From assembly GCF_009914755.1 (NCBI RefSeq), contig NC_060925.1: DNA of 64,000 bases. One strand, 5' to 3'. Under the pieces are notes generated by a model. The model was not told the origin of the DNA. It did not search any database and saw only the letters and a program-made list of their open reading frames with translations. Source of the stretch: the human T2T-CHM13v2.0 reference genome, Homo sapiens. The stretch's first letter is position 1; each line of letters begins with the position of its first letter. A program made the translations under genes and the position numbers. Of the stretch, positions 40,557 to 54,148 are shown piece after piece.

Positions 40557-43337
40557 CACGCACTTGTGCTATGTTCTTGTGAATATAATATAGTATGAAT
40601 ATGAGTTCTTCATCAGTTAGAGTAGGTTGGCAAGAAATAGCAAGGGATACATGTTGACAGCAAGCTGTTTGCTTGCAAACAGAATGCAAATACTGTGTAG
40701 CACTTCCAGCTATTACATATACCTGAATGTGACCTTTGTGAATTTCATGATGAAATTCACAGGGTTTCCTATCCCTGAATCCACCAGATCATTGTGCAAC
40801 ATAAATCCAGTTGTCTGATCCCACCCCAATGGGGAAGCCACTCTGGGGCTGGTGCCACTTCCCAGTGGATTCATTTTTTGGAAGCAATTCCGTTGCTGTC
40901 ACCTGACTGGGAAATAGCCATTTGTTTTGTTAGAATTTTTTGATTCAATGAGCTTCTTCCATGTCACATAACATATATATAAACTCTTCCACTTCAAGCA
41001 CTTTACCTCTTGGGCGCTAATCCCACCTCACCTATGCCCACCCTTCCAACCTTTCAATCCACACACACACTCCACCCTTTGTTTCCACCCTCAGCTTAAA
41101 GGCAAACCTTATTAACTTACTATAAGAGGACAAAGTGAAATAGGTAAAACATGTTCACTCTAAATTTCCTTAAAGGGGGCTTGTGTGATGCAGTGTCCTC
41201 TCCTTCCAATAAACATTGCTGTCACTGACAAGCCATAAGAAGAACTTAAGCTTTGGATGTTTTCTTAATAGAAAGGATGGATCTATAGAACTCAAACTAG
41301 ATGTGTAGCATAGAGGATCGGGTGAAATGGTGTCTATCCTTAGACAGGAAATATTTAATGATAGAAGAGCAAATGTTCAGGTCAAGAATTACAAAGACGT
41401 GTATGACTGCTATACAAAAGAAAAAAACTTCAGTTTAAGACAAAGAAGGACTTTCTAATGAAAAAGAGTTCTGCGCTCCCTCTCTCTCTCTGGTATGTCA
41501 ATGGAAATTGGATGACCATCTATTTATATCCCCAACAGGAATTCATCAAAGAAAGTCTGGACCAGAGAAACCTGAATCCTTTCTAATTCTCCACACAGAG
41601 CACTATGGAAACTCTTCTGATGGTTGGTTGAGAACAGGGAAACATTATATGGGTTTAGAAAAGAAAAAAATATAACTGATCAACACAGGGATCAAGAATG
41701 GGTCCATCTGCAGGTTGTTCCAACCAACTGTGGAAGTGATCCTGTAGCTCACGGTGTACATTGTCACTAGTAAAACTTTCAAAGGCCTTCTGTAATGAAA
41801 AGAATAAGAATGTTTTATAAATATCACACCAAAAATGTATTTGGCTTTTTAACTGTATGAACATACTTGAAGTTTTTTCTCTTAAGTAGTGTAAATAGCA
41901 ACTTTTAACACAAAATTAGGAAAACAATAGTCCCTACTTCATAGAGGGTGTGACGTTTAAATAAAACAAAGTGTGAAGTCTGCTGCATAGATCACCTAGC
42001 ACAGTGAGTAATCAGTAAGTGCTAGCTATCTTATTTACAGCCGCTGTTAATTTTCTCAATAATGCATTTCTTGATAGGTATTTCCTTGGTAAATACGTCG
42101 CACTAAGTCAGAAGTATCCTGATCCCAAATTTCCAGAGCTGCACAATGTGGTCTGCATTATACTTCAGAGCCTACAACACTGAACACGGTTATCATGCAG
42201 ATGTTGAATGCTCATGCATGTAGCATGTTGGTATCAGTGTCTACTGGCATGACCTAGTGGGCATAAACTTAGATGGAAGTTGCAACAAAAGCAAGTAATC
42301 AAAAGGCTCCATTTTTCTATGAAAGTAAATAAAACCTGATTGGTGGAATGAAAAAAGCAAGTAGAAAGAACTGGGTCAAGAGAGACTTCATACATACATT
42401 TTTGTGTGTGACTAATTTAGTGGGTTAATGTTTCCTTGCAGCTTGTGGTGTTTTCCAGGTGGCTTGAAGAAATAGAGAATTTAAGGCCAAAACATTTGGT
42501 GAGTTTCCTAATGAAAAAAATTAAACAATAGCTGCTCTGGCTTTTTGTAAGCAAAGATGTCTGAGTTGAACTCCAGGAAGAAAAGGAGCTATCACCCTAG
42601 TCTATATTTATGAATCTATATGCCAAGATTAAGGTGAACACCCCCAAAGTCCCATGTTACTACTCTTTTCTATCACCATACCCGATCAAACACAGCAACA
42701 TACACTGAGAGAAATTCTTAAAAAGCTACCTCAAAAAAGCAAGCAATAGACACTTTTTACCCACAAAAGCACAGAAGGCACAAATTGCCCAAAGGCAAAT
42801 GCCCGGCTGCCTCCCATCCCAAACACAAGACCGAAAAACTAGAAAGCTTAGATCCTTGGTGGACTCTGGACTCCTCAAACTCCTTGGATGACATAATCTA
42901 ATTTGAGAAAAAACACTCTCAACTGACCATCTAGCAGAGGTCTCTATTCCAAGGGCCAGGCTTGCAGTGACCATCTGTATTTCTTCAGCTGAAGTCTGCA
43001 CAAAGAAAACTGAAAAGTTGAGATTCTAAAGCCCGGTTGTTCCTGGACATTAATTTCTAGTGACTATCTGGGATGTTTAGTTGAAGTATTCCTAGGCAGA
43101 GAAAAGTCAAAATAGTCTCCAACTATCAACACTTCTCAGGTCACAAATTCCAAAGGATAATAATTACCCAAACAAAAACTACCCACAGGACATACAATAA
43201 TGATTTTTCTTTCAGCACGAAATTATCCAAACTAAGACCACAGAGCAGATGGCAACTTTTCAGTGGCACATTCTATGACTGGGATATTGGCAGGTCCTTG
43301 GAGTCTCAGCCTAATGCAATGATGACATCAGGCCCAG

Positions 43338-43847
43338 GGAAGGTGGAATTCTAAGATGTGCCCAAGGTCTCTGTTTCCAGGTGCACATGTCCTGTACAAT
43401 CACCTTCCTTCAGAGTGGGCAGGACCTACGAATATGACGGGATAGTCACCCCTCTGATTAGGTTATATTCTACAAGATTCCATTTTAACAGACCAGAGAG
43501 AGATTCTCCTACTTACTTTGAGGGAGTAAGTTGCCATATTGTGATAAGGCCACATGTTTTAGACGTGAGTCGTTGACTTATTCTCTGAGAACAATGCCTG
43601 GATAACTGCATGCAAGAAAACAGGACCTCATTTCCTATAACCACAAGAAGCTGGATTCTGCCAACAGTATGAATAAGCTTGGAAGAGAACCCTGAGGTCC
43701 AGATAAAAACCAAACCAGGTGACACCTTGATTTCAGCACTTTGAGACCTCAAGCAGAGGATCCAAGGAAATGATGAGATAGTAAACATCTGTTGTTTGAA
43801 GCCACTAAGTTTGTGGTAATTTGTTAAGTAGCAGTTGGATACTAACA
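43338..43847 (+). mobile_element. MLT1 (E/F-like) LTR
   Basis: 'gaattctaagatg...ggattctgccaaca...gacaccttgatttcagc...gccactaagtttgtggtaatttgtta...actaaca'. Confidence 0.8.
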
Positions 43848-43859
43848 CCTAGCCTGAGC

Positions 43860-44050
43860 TGAGTGTCTGTAGGTTCTCATTTACCCACTGTGTGACCTCA
43901 AGCAGGTTAAATAACTATTTTGAGCTTCAGCTTTCTCATCCCTCAAGTGTGGATTATGAATATATCTGCTCACTTGCTCCCAGATATTTCAAGTGAGGGT
44001 GAAAATAGATATTACTTGTGAAAGTATTTTGAAACTTTATAGCATTAATC
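43860..44050 (+). mobile_element. MIR
   Basis: 'ctgtgtgacctcaagcaggtta...gagcttcagctttctcatc'. Confidence 0.55.
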
Positions 44051-44289
44051 AAATAATTGGTAAAGTTAAGTAAAATATTTGAGGTCTGTGGAAGTCCAAG
44101 GGTCATTGTGGAACTCCAAACTGACTCCAGCTTTTCAAACCAGGGTGGGGTTATAAGAGCTTCTGCTCCCATGACCTATCTCCAAAGCAAATGCCAGAAG
44201 AGGCTTGGGTTTGTTCAATAAAAGATATAAACATGGAGAAAATTTTATATTTCATAGAAATTGGCAGAGCCTCACCTGCAAATGATTTA

Positions 44290-45130
44290 CTTATGCACAC
44301 TATATACATTTACTGTGACAAGTGCTAGGTACTATGGATAAGTATGCAAACAAAATCCAAGTTCTCTTTTTAAGCCAGTTAATGTCCCTAAGAAGACACA
44401 GATAAGAGATGAACAATTAACAAACTGTGTGAAAATGTTATACTAGTTGGTAGGCAGACTGCTGGGTGAGCACAGGCAGCAGGGAGTTAGAGCACCTACT
44501 TGTCACAGGGATGTGCAGAAGGTTTTCCCAGAGGAAGATGGACTTGTGTTGATTGCTAAAGGACAAGTAAGGGTCATTAAGCAGACAAGATGGGCAAAGG
44601 GCTAAGGAAGAGGCATTTCATGGGAAACAGTTGGATTTAAAACCCAGAGGCTTGAAACCATGACCCTTTTATAGGACAAGCACGTTAGTGCCATCTGGCT
44701 TTATAAAAGAGAACAGGAAAGTACACGAAAAAATTAGAACTGACAGTTAGGGAAAGAGCAGACCATAAAGGACCTTGTAGGCTTTAATGAAGAATTTGAT
44801 ATTTATTCTGAAGGTGATAAGGAGCCCTTGATGGCTTTTAAACAGATCTGCATTGAAGAAAGTTAACTTGGGCGGCAGTGTGGATAATGGATTAGAAAGA
44901 GGAAAGAATTCAACTTGAGGGTAATTGGAGTAATCTACCTAAGAAAAGCTAAAGACATTCCTGCAGATGAAAAGAGGGATGAATTTAAGAGCACCAAGAA
45001 GGTGGGACAAGCAGGATTTAATTGGCCAGATTTAATCTGGGAGAGAAAGAGATCATGTTGAATCCAAGGTTTCGAGCCTGAGCAACGGTATAATTGTGAG
45101 ATCTGTGAGTATTCCAGGTCTTATCCTGAT
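44290..45130 (-). mobile_element. L2 remnant
   Basis: 'gaccataaaggaccttgtaggc...gaatttgatatttattctgaagg...gagcccttgatggcttttaa' antisense L2 body. Confidence 0.65.
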
Positions 45131-45235
45131 AGAGGAGGAACAATTTAGGTAAGAACATCAGGAGCATCCCAAAGCTGATCGGGAAGTAGGAGGAGGAAAT
45201 TATTAATACAGGCAGATAATTTATGTCCTAGATCC

Positions 45236-47163
45236 GGCTCCCGCCCTCTCCCCTCTCCCCTCCCCCCTCTCCCCTCTCCCCTCTCCCCTCTCCCCTCTCC
45301 CACAGTCTCCCTCTCCCTCTCTTTCCACGGTCTCCCTCTGATGCCGAGCCAAAGCTGGACTGTACTGCTGCCATCTGGGCTCACTGCAACCTCCCTGCCT
45401 GATTCTCCTGCCGAGTGCCTGCCGAGTGCCTGCGATTGCAGGCACGCGCCGCCACGCCTGACTGGTTTTCCTATTTTTTTGGTGGAGACGGGGTTTCGCT
45501 GTGTTGGCCAGGCTGGTCTCCAGCTCCTAACCGCGAGTGATCTGCCAGCCTCGGCCTCCCGAGGTGCCGGGATTGCAGACGGAGTCTCGTTCACTCAGTG
45601 CTCAATGGTGCCCAGGCTGGAGTGCAGTGGCGTGATCTCGGCTCGCTACAACCACCTCCCAGCTGCCTGCCTTGGCCTCCCAAAGAGCCGAGATTGCAGC
45701 CTCTGCCCGGCCGCCACCCCATCTGGGAAGTGAGGAGTGTCTCTGCCTGGCCGCCCATCGTCTGGGATGTGAGGAGCCCCTCTGCCTGGCTGCCCAGTCT
45801 GGAAAGTGAGGAGCGTCTCTGCCCGGCCGCCATCCCATCTAGGAAGTGAGGAGCGTCTCTGCCCGGCCGCCCATCGTCTGGGATGTGGGGAGCGCCTCTG
45901 CCCCGCCGCCCCGTCTAGGATGTGAGGAGCGCCTCTGCCCGGCCGGGACCCCGTCTGGGAGGTGAGGAGCGTCTCTGCCCGGCCGCCCCATCTGAGAAGT
46001 GAGGAGACCCTCTGCCTGGCAACCGCCCCGTCTGAGAAGTGAGGAGCCCCTCCGTCCGGCAGCCACCCCGTCTGGGAAGTGAGGAGCGTCTCTGCCCGGC
46101 AGCCACCCCGTCCGGGAGGGAGGTGGGGGTCAGCCCCGCCAGGCCAGCGGCCCCGTCCTGGAGGGAGGTGGGGGGGTAAGCCCCCCGCCCGGCCAGCCGC
46201 CCCGTCCGGGAGGTGAGGGGCGCCTCTGCCCGGCTACCCCTACTGGGAGGTGAGGGGCGCCTCTGCCCGGCTACCCCTACTGGGAAGTGAGGAGCCCCTC
46301 TGCCCGGCCAGCCGCCACGTCCGGGAGGGAGATGGGGGGGTCAGCCCCCCGCCCGGCCAGCCGCCCCGTCCGGGAGGTAAGGGGCGCCTCTGCCCGGCTA
46401 CCCCTACTGGGAGGTGAGGGGCGCCTCTGCCCGGCTACCCCTACTGGGAAGTGAGGAGCCCCTCTGCCCGGCCAGCCGCCACGTCCGGGAGGGAGGTGGG
46501 GGGTTCAGCCCCCCGCCCGGCCAGCCACCCCATCCAGGAGGTGAGGGGCGCTTCTGCCCGGCCGCCCCTACTGGGAAGTGAGGAGCCCCTCTGCCGGGCC
46601 ACGACCCCGTCTGGGAGGTGTACCCAACAGCTCATTGAGAACGGGCCATGATGACAATGGCGGTTTTGTGGAATAGAAAGGCGGGAAAGGTGGGGAAAAG
46701 ATTGAGAAATCGGATGGTTGCCGTGTCTGTGTAGAGAGAAGTAGACATGGGAGACTTTTCATTTTGTTCTGTACTAAGAAAAATTCTTCTGCCTTGGGAT
46801 CCTGTTGATCTGTGACCTTACCCCCAACCCTGTGCTCTCTGAAACATGTGCTGTGTCCACTCAGGGTTAAATGGATTAAGGGCAGTGCAAGATGTGCTTT
46901 GTTAAACAGATGCTTGAAGGCAGCATGCTCGTTAAGAGTCATCACCACTCCCTAATCTTAAGTACCCAGGGACACAAACACTGCGGAAGGCCGCAGGGTC
47001 CTCTGCCTAGGAAAACCAGAGACCTTTGTTCACTTGTTTATCTGCTGACATTCCCTCCACTATTGTCCTATGACCCTGCCAAATCCCCCTCTGCGAGAAA
47101 CACCCAAGAATGATCAATAAAAAAATAAATAAATAAAGTTCTATGAACAGAAAAAAAAAAAAA
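45236..47163 (+). mobile_element. SVA retrotransposon (young D-F class), near full length
   Basis: CT-rich head, antisense Alu-like region, GC-rich VNTR (~45700-46620), SINE-R ending gaaacacccaagaatgatcaataaa, poly(A); TSD aatttatgtcctagatcc at 45218-45235 and 47164-47181. Confidence 0.98.
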
Positions 47164-48199
47164 AATTTATGTCCTAGATCCATTGAGGCAGTGTTTTTCC
47201 TCACTAACAAAAGAGTAGTTTGGGCAACAAAAGTCCTGTCTGAGACTAGAACAAGACAGTAGTTCTGGGTCTGATGTCTTAAATGGCTAGGCCTATAGGT
47301 AGTCATTAAGTGCATCAAAGACAATTTCTTAATGGGTGGATCCTCAACTTGCTAAAACTTAACTGTAAGTGTTTAGAAGGCAGACTTAAGCATTTGTTAA
47401 TTGACTGGCTTACTGGCCTAGGAGTTGAAGGTAACCGTGGCTTAGTTCAGCACATATGCACACTTTTAAAAGGAATTATAAAGTGTCTCAGATAACAAAA
47501 GAAATCTAAGTCTTCAGAAGTTCCTCTTGCAGTCAAGAAGGCGAGAGTGGTGAGAGCTCAGAAGGCTTGTCAACATTTTTTTATTCCATTTTTAGAATCA
47601 CATCATTCAAAATGATGTTTTCAATTATTCCTGCTTTTAAATTGAATTTTGCCTGGAAACAAATACACCACACCACTTTTAGTGCGAACACCCTGTAAAA
47701 GGCACCGAGAATGTGGAATCGATTTTTAGACTGTGCACGAGGCCTTAATATTCGCCAAATCACACCACTCCTTTTAAAACATATCTCAAGTTGGTCATCT
47801 GCTGGGGAGCATTGCTTCATTCTTATTGATCTTCCTCCAACCCACCAGCACTAACCCGAATCCACCTTTCTCAGTGTGCAGTGTTGTGGTTTTTGTATTT
47901 ATCTGCCTTCGTGCCTATGTTTTTTTGTCTGAATATTTTGTATCTTTTCCATCTCTATTTGATTGGGCCCAACCTCCTTCTTTACTAAGTGCCCCAAGAA
48001 ACATGATATGATCCTATCAACACAGCTAATCAACTAGTCCTTATTTATTATTATTCAAGCAATAAGCATACACACAGAATTACTGCAACTGAGAAGACAT
48101 TTTCTATTATAACTTTCTTCTTTGCCTATCACCTAGAAATTGATGGTTGCCTTCTTTTCCCCTTCCTTCTCCATTATAGTGGGTAAAGGGGACATGATG

Positions 48200-48554
48200 T
48201 ATATTAGTCTCTTCTCACGCTGCTAATAAAGACATAACCAAGACTGGGTAATTTATAAAGGAAAGAGGTTTAATGGACTCACAGTTCCACATGGCTGGAG
48301 AGGCCTTACAATCATGGTGGAAGGTGAATGGGGAGCAAAGTCATGTCTTACATAGCTGCAAGCAAGAAAGTGTGTGCAGGGGAACTCCCATTTATAAAAC
48401 TATCAGATCTCATGAGATTTATTCAGTACAGTGAGAACAGTATGAGGGAAACCACTCCCATGATTCAATTATCTCCACCTGGCCCTGCCCTTGACATGTG
48501 GGATTCTTACAATTCAAGGTGAGATTTGGGTGGGGACACAGCCAAACCGTATCA
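48200..48554 (-). mobile_element. THE1 (C-like) solo LTR
   Basis: 'attagtc...gctgctaataaagacata...ggccctgcccttgaca...gggacacagccaaaccgtatca'. Confidence 0.92.
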
Positions 48555-51500
48555 CAGTGACAGAAATCTTCTTGGATTTGGAATAGGAGACTTTCAGTTC
48601 CCACAAGAGCTAATGGACTCAGCTTAGTGAGAGAGTGACATGCTGGATCAGCGGCAGAGATTGTAGGGCAGCTTGAGGGGGTGCTATGGAAATGGGGACT
48701 GAGAGGAGGCCTTGCAGCACCTACCAGCAGGTAAACCTAAAGGGTGAGGATTAATGCAGGGGAACAAACAAGCAGCTTGATTGGTACCTAGGAGAATCAG
48801 ACCTAAGACAGAATCAGATTTGAGGAAATTGTTAATGCAATCAGAGTTAATGCAATAAAGAGCAATATCTGTTGCAGCTCACCCTTTTACATAGTCCCCA
48901 GATTATTTTGACTGATGGAATTAACCCAGGGAACAACAATGGGGGGCTCAGCTCCACTCTGTGTCACTCTGGGAACTGTGCAACCAAGAATAAACTAGGA
49001 TTTTGTTTTGGCATAGCAGGTGAGGAAACACAGGCTGTGGTCTCTTGCAAAAGTCTGTCTGTGACTTTTCTCACTTTAATCCTATTTTCATTAAACTCAA
49101 CACAAGCCAGCAAGCAAGTGCTTGCACCCCAGATCACTACCTGATCTTACTTTCAGTTTGGGATACTTTATCATGTATTCCATTTGCTAATTCACCACTG
49201 AAGTTTGCCTAGAAGATTTACTTATTCAATAAACAGTGGATTGACTTTGTGGGGAGAGGAAGGGGTGGTTAGAATGAAGAATGCAGTTAATCAACTGATG
49301 CTCCATCTACAAGATACAAAAATGATCTGACTCTTCCCTACCTGGACTCACTAGCAATTTATGATCAATCACCCTCCTTCTTCCTGATAGTTCAAAAGCA
49401 TACAAACTTTCTGTATGTCCTAGTTTGTTTTCTAGGATTCAGTAGTTTCCCTTTCCAAAGATTTCCTTTCTGAGTGGTTTTTCAGAACTTTGGAAACTCA
49501 GCACAACCTGGCTTTACCTGGCTTAGGCTTTTCTCTAGGAACCTTTTCTCCAGTGCTAGACAAGGGGAGGCCATGCTGGAAAGCTCAGCTTATATAACCT
49601 CATTTGACAAATATGATACATGCCAAAAACCTGACATTTCACAATACAAACTTTTTATGAAGCAGCTTTATGTTTCAAACACAATAAGGCATTCAAAAAG
49701 CATGTGATCATCCAACCACCTCCCCAAGTCCCAAGGGTTCAGTTAAAAATATATGGGGAAGAAACAAAGCTCTTTCACATAATGGTATCAAACCCACTGT
49801 TTTCTCTTTGATTCCCCCCTTTTCCCTTCTGTGTTCTCCAGGGTGGCCAGGCTAGTACCCTTAGAGATTCACTTCACCACCACTCCCAGGGGCTGGGGGG
49901 AAACCTCTCCTTTGATCTGAAAACAAGTACATTGAAAGTCCTCTCTGGGGTAGGAGTATTGTGACACATAGCCATTATCTCAGATGAGATAATGAATGAG
50001 AAAATGCTTTGTAAACCATAAAGTTTTAAATGTTAGTGATTGTTTTATTATTGTTAGTAATTTATTTATTAGAATTGTTACTACTAATAATAAAATGAAT
50101 CACCAAGCTTCCTGCTCCAGAGTTCCAATTTAGGCTGCAATGCCTCAGGAAGATATGGAAGCTGCAAGAGACACGGGGAAGAGAGATGTTATCCATCACC
50201 GCTGTAGTCTGCTAGAAGAGTAGCTGTGTTTATGAGAGTCCATCAGGACCTCCGCTGACTCTAAAAGTAACTTTCCACTGTTGAAGTTATTCTTCATTAT
50301 CATTGATAACGCACCCATGTATCCACACTGTGAAAGGAGGCTTTTACTGCTGAAGTCTCCAGTAATCCCACTGAGAAGATCATCTCTCCAACCTGAAAGG
50401 CTTAAGGACCTGGCCACCTTCCCCCCAGCTCCCCTATCCCCCTCCAGGTGGCCTTTTCTCAGACCCCTACCCCTAATGTTGCCCAGCCATCTCCTCATAA
50501 CTTGGAATCATCCACAGAGAAAAAAAGAAAAAAAAAGATTATGATTCAAGTGAAAATCTGAGTAAGCAAACGTATTTGGCATTGAGAGCTATGGAAAGTT
50601 GAGTCTGGAGCCAGAGGTGGTTACCCGACTCTGCCCATAATTTTACACAGACAGCTCCATGCAGCAATCTTGGTGGGTTCAGAGGAGTGTAATGGGAAGC
50701 ACTCTAGAATTTTTACTTTTGAGTATTTTTCAACAAATAAGTCCATTTAAGCTGCAATGGAAAGGACTGCCAACTACTTTCTCAACCAGGACTTTAAAAA
50801 GAAAGAAACAGAAAAAGAATAATTTATAATGATCAAAGATAAACTGAAATATTAGTCTGGAAGAAATACAATTTCAGGTCTAGAAGTTGGGTTTTATGAG
50901 AGAGATAATCCGCCCCTATTTTTTCCAGGCCTATAAATGCAATTTTTATTTTATTTTTTCCCCAGCCCTATGGTTGCTACAAAGGTTGAACATGAGGAAG
51001 ATTATTGCATTTATTTTCAGGGGGTACTTGGCAATAACATTCTGCAGACCCACCTTGTGCTATTTAGGAGCATAAGCTGGAAACGCCCTGCCAGCTGCTG
51101 CTTGTCAATGGATCTAAACTTCTACTTTTACAGTCTAATGAAGACCCAGCCCTTCTCTATCTGGGGACAATCTGTGAGTTTGGTCAGTGTCTGCCATTTT
51201 ATGTCTTATGCTCATTATCAACAATTAACACAAAGAACAGATAGGATCTTGGCTGTTTCTGCCTTAGGGAAAGAGCAATTTTTTATGGCAATTAGAATAT
51301 AAAACTTAATATCAAACCATTCATATTAAAGTCACAGGCTATTCTAAAATATGTCTAATATAAACAATAAATCTGGTTATTATCATTCTACTCAAATCTT
51401 TTCTTTGTGCTTTAGAGGGTCCAATAAGGTACTATTCCAGAACAGGAGAGAGGAAGAGCTCAGGTATTCAACTTCACCTGGGTACCCCCTGCATCACGAT

Positions 51501-52029
51501 AACAAATGCATGGGAATTGTTCTCCTTTTTAAATATTGGATCACATTTTCTTAATTCCACCTGAAAACAGCCTTCTGGCATTTCATGGTAAACATGTATA
51601 GTCATACAGCTTAGATGAGGCTACCCTACTAAGCAGAACGTAAATAAGAAAAACTTGCACTGCTCGTCAACCTCTAAAATGTTCAAATATGGGCATAACT
51701 GAGAAATAGAGAGAGACAGGACAGTAATGTTTTATCTTAAATTAAGTTTGCCAGTTATACTGAGAAGCTGCTCAGGCTCTTCTTGATCCATCTACTTAAC
51801 AGTGCCCCAAATTTTTATACAAACATACCAAGGAACTTGTCCCATTATGGGAAACCCAACCACAAACCAAAAAAATCACCCTTCTCATTCAATTTGGTAG
51901 CCATATATTCTTCAGGGAATCTCAGGATAAGAAAGATATAATAGTATATCAAGGCAAATATACAATACAATATTTCCAAGTAATGCCCTTGGTAATAGAG
52001 GTGAGTTTGATTTCTACATAATCATATTT

Positions 52030-52285
52030 TTACATAATGTAATGTGAGTGCTTTGTACTTAGCCAGCTCTGGGTTTGGGACCCAGTTTTGGCATTAATAT
52101 GTAATATTGGCAAGGTGACACCGAACAAGTTACCCAATCTCTCTGAGACAGCTTCCTTATCTGTAAAATGAGGATAATTATAGTTCCCGTACCATAGACT
52201 TGTTGTTGGGATTAAACATGTTAAAGATACAAAACAATTAAAGCAGTGTCTGGCACATAGTAATCACTCAATAAATGCTGGCTTT
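52030..52285 (+). mobile_element. MIR
   Basis: 'ttccttatctgtaaaatgaggataat...cagtgtctggcacatagtaatcactcaataaatg'. Confidence 0.8.
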
Positions 52286-52516
52286 ACATTAACGGTCCCA
52301 GACCTTCCTTCTGTTGTATCTTGATTTCCTATGGTCATCATTAGCTCTGGCATCACTTAAAGGAGACAATGAATGTATTTCTGAGGAAGAGATCATCTCA
52401 GAACAGTCAGGCAAATGGAGAAATGCTGACCAAGGACCAGAGAACCCACTTGCTTACATTGGAGATGAAGAAAGTCTTATTATTCTGGGGAGCTAAAGGG
52501 AGATGGAGAAAGTAGG

Positions 52517-53090
52517 TGTATAATTATAATATTTCTAATAAGAAATATATTTGGTCTTTGTCTCCAGTTTCTGGTGCAAAGCTCTTAAAACCCTTGGAAT
52601 TTCCTGAGTGATAGGAGTGTCTTTGTTATTCACAACATCACAGGGACAATAGCTCCTGTACTCACGATTCTTCTGGACCTCAGCCTATGTACCTTTTCAT
52701 TTGGTTCATCCATATCCTTTATAATACTCTTTACAATGAGCTGGTAAATATAAGTAAATGTTTTCCTGAGTTTTGTGTGCCATTCTAGCAAATTAGCAAA
52801 CCAAGGAAAGGGTTATGAGAATCCCTGATTAAGACCTCAAGATCAGTCAGAAGTACAAGTGATCCAGACTTGCAATTGGCATCTAAAGTGAACGGGGGCA
52901 GTCTTGTGGGGCTGAGCCCTTAACCTGTGAGGTCTGTGCTAACTCCACATAATGAGAGTTAGTATTGAATTGAGTTGTAGGACACATGGTTGGTGTCCAG
53001 GGACTTGAATTGCTTGGTATGGAAAAAAAAAAAAACACACATTTGGTGTCAGAATTGTTGTGAACAGAGTAACAGTTTTCCCAGAATAGG
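52517..53090 (+). mobile_element. MER21 (B-like) ERVL LTR
   Basis: 'aaaacccttggaatttcctgagtgataggagtgtcttt', 'ggggcagtcttgtggggctgagcccttaacctgtg', 'cacatttggtgtcagaa'. Confidence 0.8.
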
Positions 53091-53499
53091 GCATGATGTT
53101 TTTGTTTCCTATATTCATTTCTGGCCCTCTTACAAGTCTGTAAACAGATTCCAGTGATATGTTTTCCAACAGGGAAAGCAATGGGGTGAACCAGAGCATT
53201 GAGAGAAAATTGCCTGCAATCTCCACCACACTCCCACCTGCCACCAAATAACACAGCTAAGGGGTCTAAGCTCTGCTAAAAATGACAGGTGTGTAGTCAA
53301 CCTCTGTGTAAGTTCTGTTTCCTTGGAAGGGCCTTTCTAAGAACAGAGGTAGACTCTAAGTTGTTTTTTTGTTTGTTTGTCTTGTTTGTTTTTTGCTTAA
53401 TGGAAAACCAGGCTGTCAACAGATTTTGAGACCAATACTTCTAAGTTAGAATGGTTAACCAAATCATCAAGGGAGAAATCTAGAAAAAATACTGGAGTC

Positions 53500-53870
53500 T
53501 CGTTCTAAGCATGAGCTTTTGACACAAATAGATGTGGCTTTAAATCTTAAAACATGCTGCCATTTATGAGCTTTAGGATCTTGAGCATGTTAGTTAATTT
53601 ATTCTAGCCTCTTTTCCCATCTAGGGTGACCATTCCTTCCACTTTTCCTGGTACAGTACAAGCTATACCTGTTGTCCCTTGATAATTAATAAAAGTTGCC
53701 TTATCATTCTGAAAGGGCCCCAGTTTGGATAATAAATGTTATGGCTACATCCATTCTTCTGTAAAATGGAAATAATAAGCACCTCCCAGGGTGGTTATGA
53801 AAGCTAACCATAATCTATATTAGTAACTACTATAATGCCTTGCACATAGAAAGTGCTCAGTGAAAACTAG
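53500..53870 (+). mobile_element. MIR interrupted by MER94
   Basis: Core split as 'ttttcccatct...ctgtaaaatgg'; tail 'gcacatagaaagtgctcagt'. Confidence 0.6.
53622..53752 (+). mobile_element. MER94 (hAT-Blackjack) MITE
   Basis: 'agggtgaccat...acctgttgtccc...cagtttggataataaat...atggctacatcc'. Confidence 0.7.
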
Positions 53871-53894
53871 TTCTCCTTTACCTGTTCACACCAG

Positions 53895-54148
53895 ATCTAT
53901 ACTGTCCAGTACAGTAGCCATTAGCCTCACATTGCTACTGAGGAATGTGCTATAAATGCAAAAAATGCACAAGATTTTGAAGATTTAGTACAACAAAAGA
54001 AGTTTAAATATCTCATTAATAATTTTATATTAATTACATGTCCAAATGATATTATTTTGGATATACTGTATTAAGTTAAACAAAATTTATTGTTAAAATT
54101 AATTACAACTGTTTATTTTTACTTTTTTTGGCATGACTTCTTAAAAAA
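53895..54148 (+). mobile_element. MER33 (hAT-Charlie) fragment
   Basis: 'ctgtccagtacagtagcca...gattttgaagatttagtac...atatctcattaataattttatatt'. Confidence 0.75.

Noticed and set aside
42205-42230. CATG cluster resembling a p53/p63 element
   Set aside because: Spacing does not fit two abutting decamer half-sites
45700-46620. Repeat array or CpG island resembling a CRISPR or promoter
   Set aside because: It is the SVA VNTR: tandem units without unique spacers, in primate DNA
45145-47324. Dense cluster of overlapping ORFs up to 149 aa
   Set aside because: All lie in or run into the SVA; the GC-rich VNTR lacks stops and SVA is non-coding
50196-51302. ORFs of 87-121 aa
   Set aside because: Mostly non-ATG starts, low-complexity composition, no family resemblance
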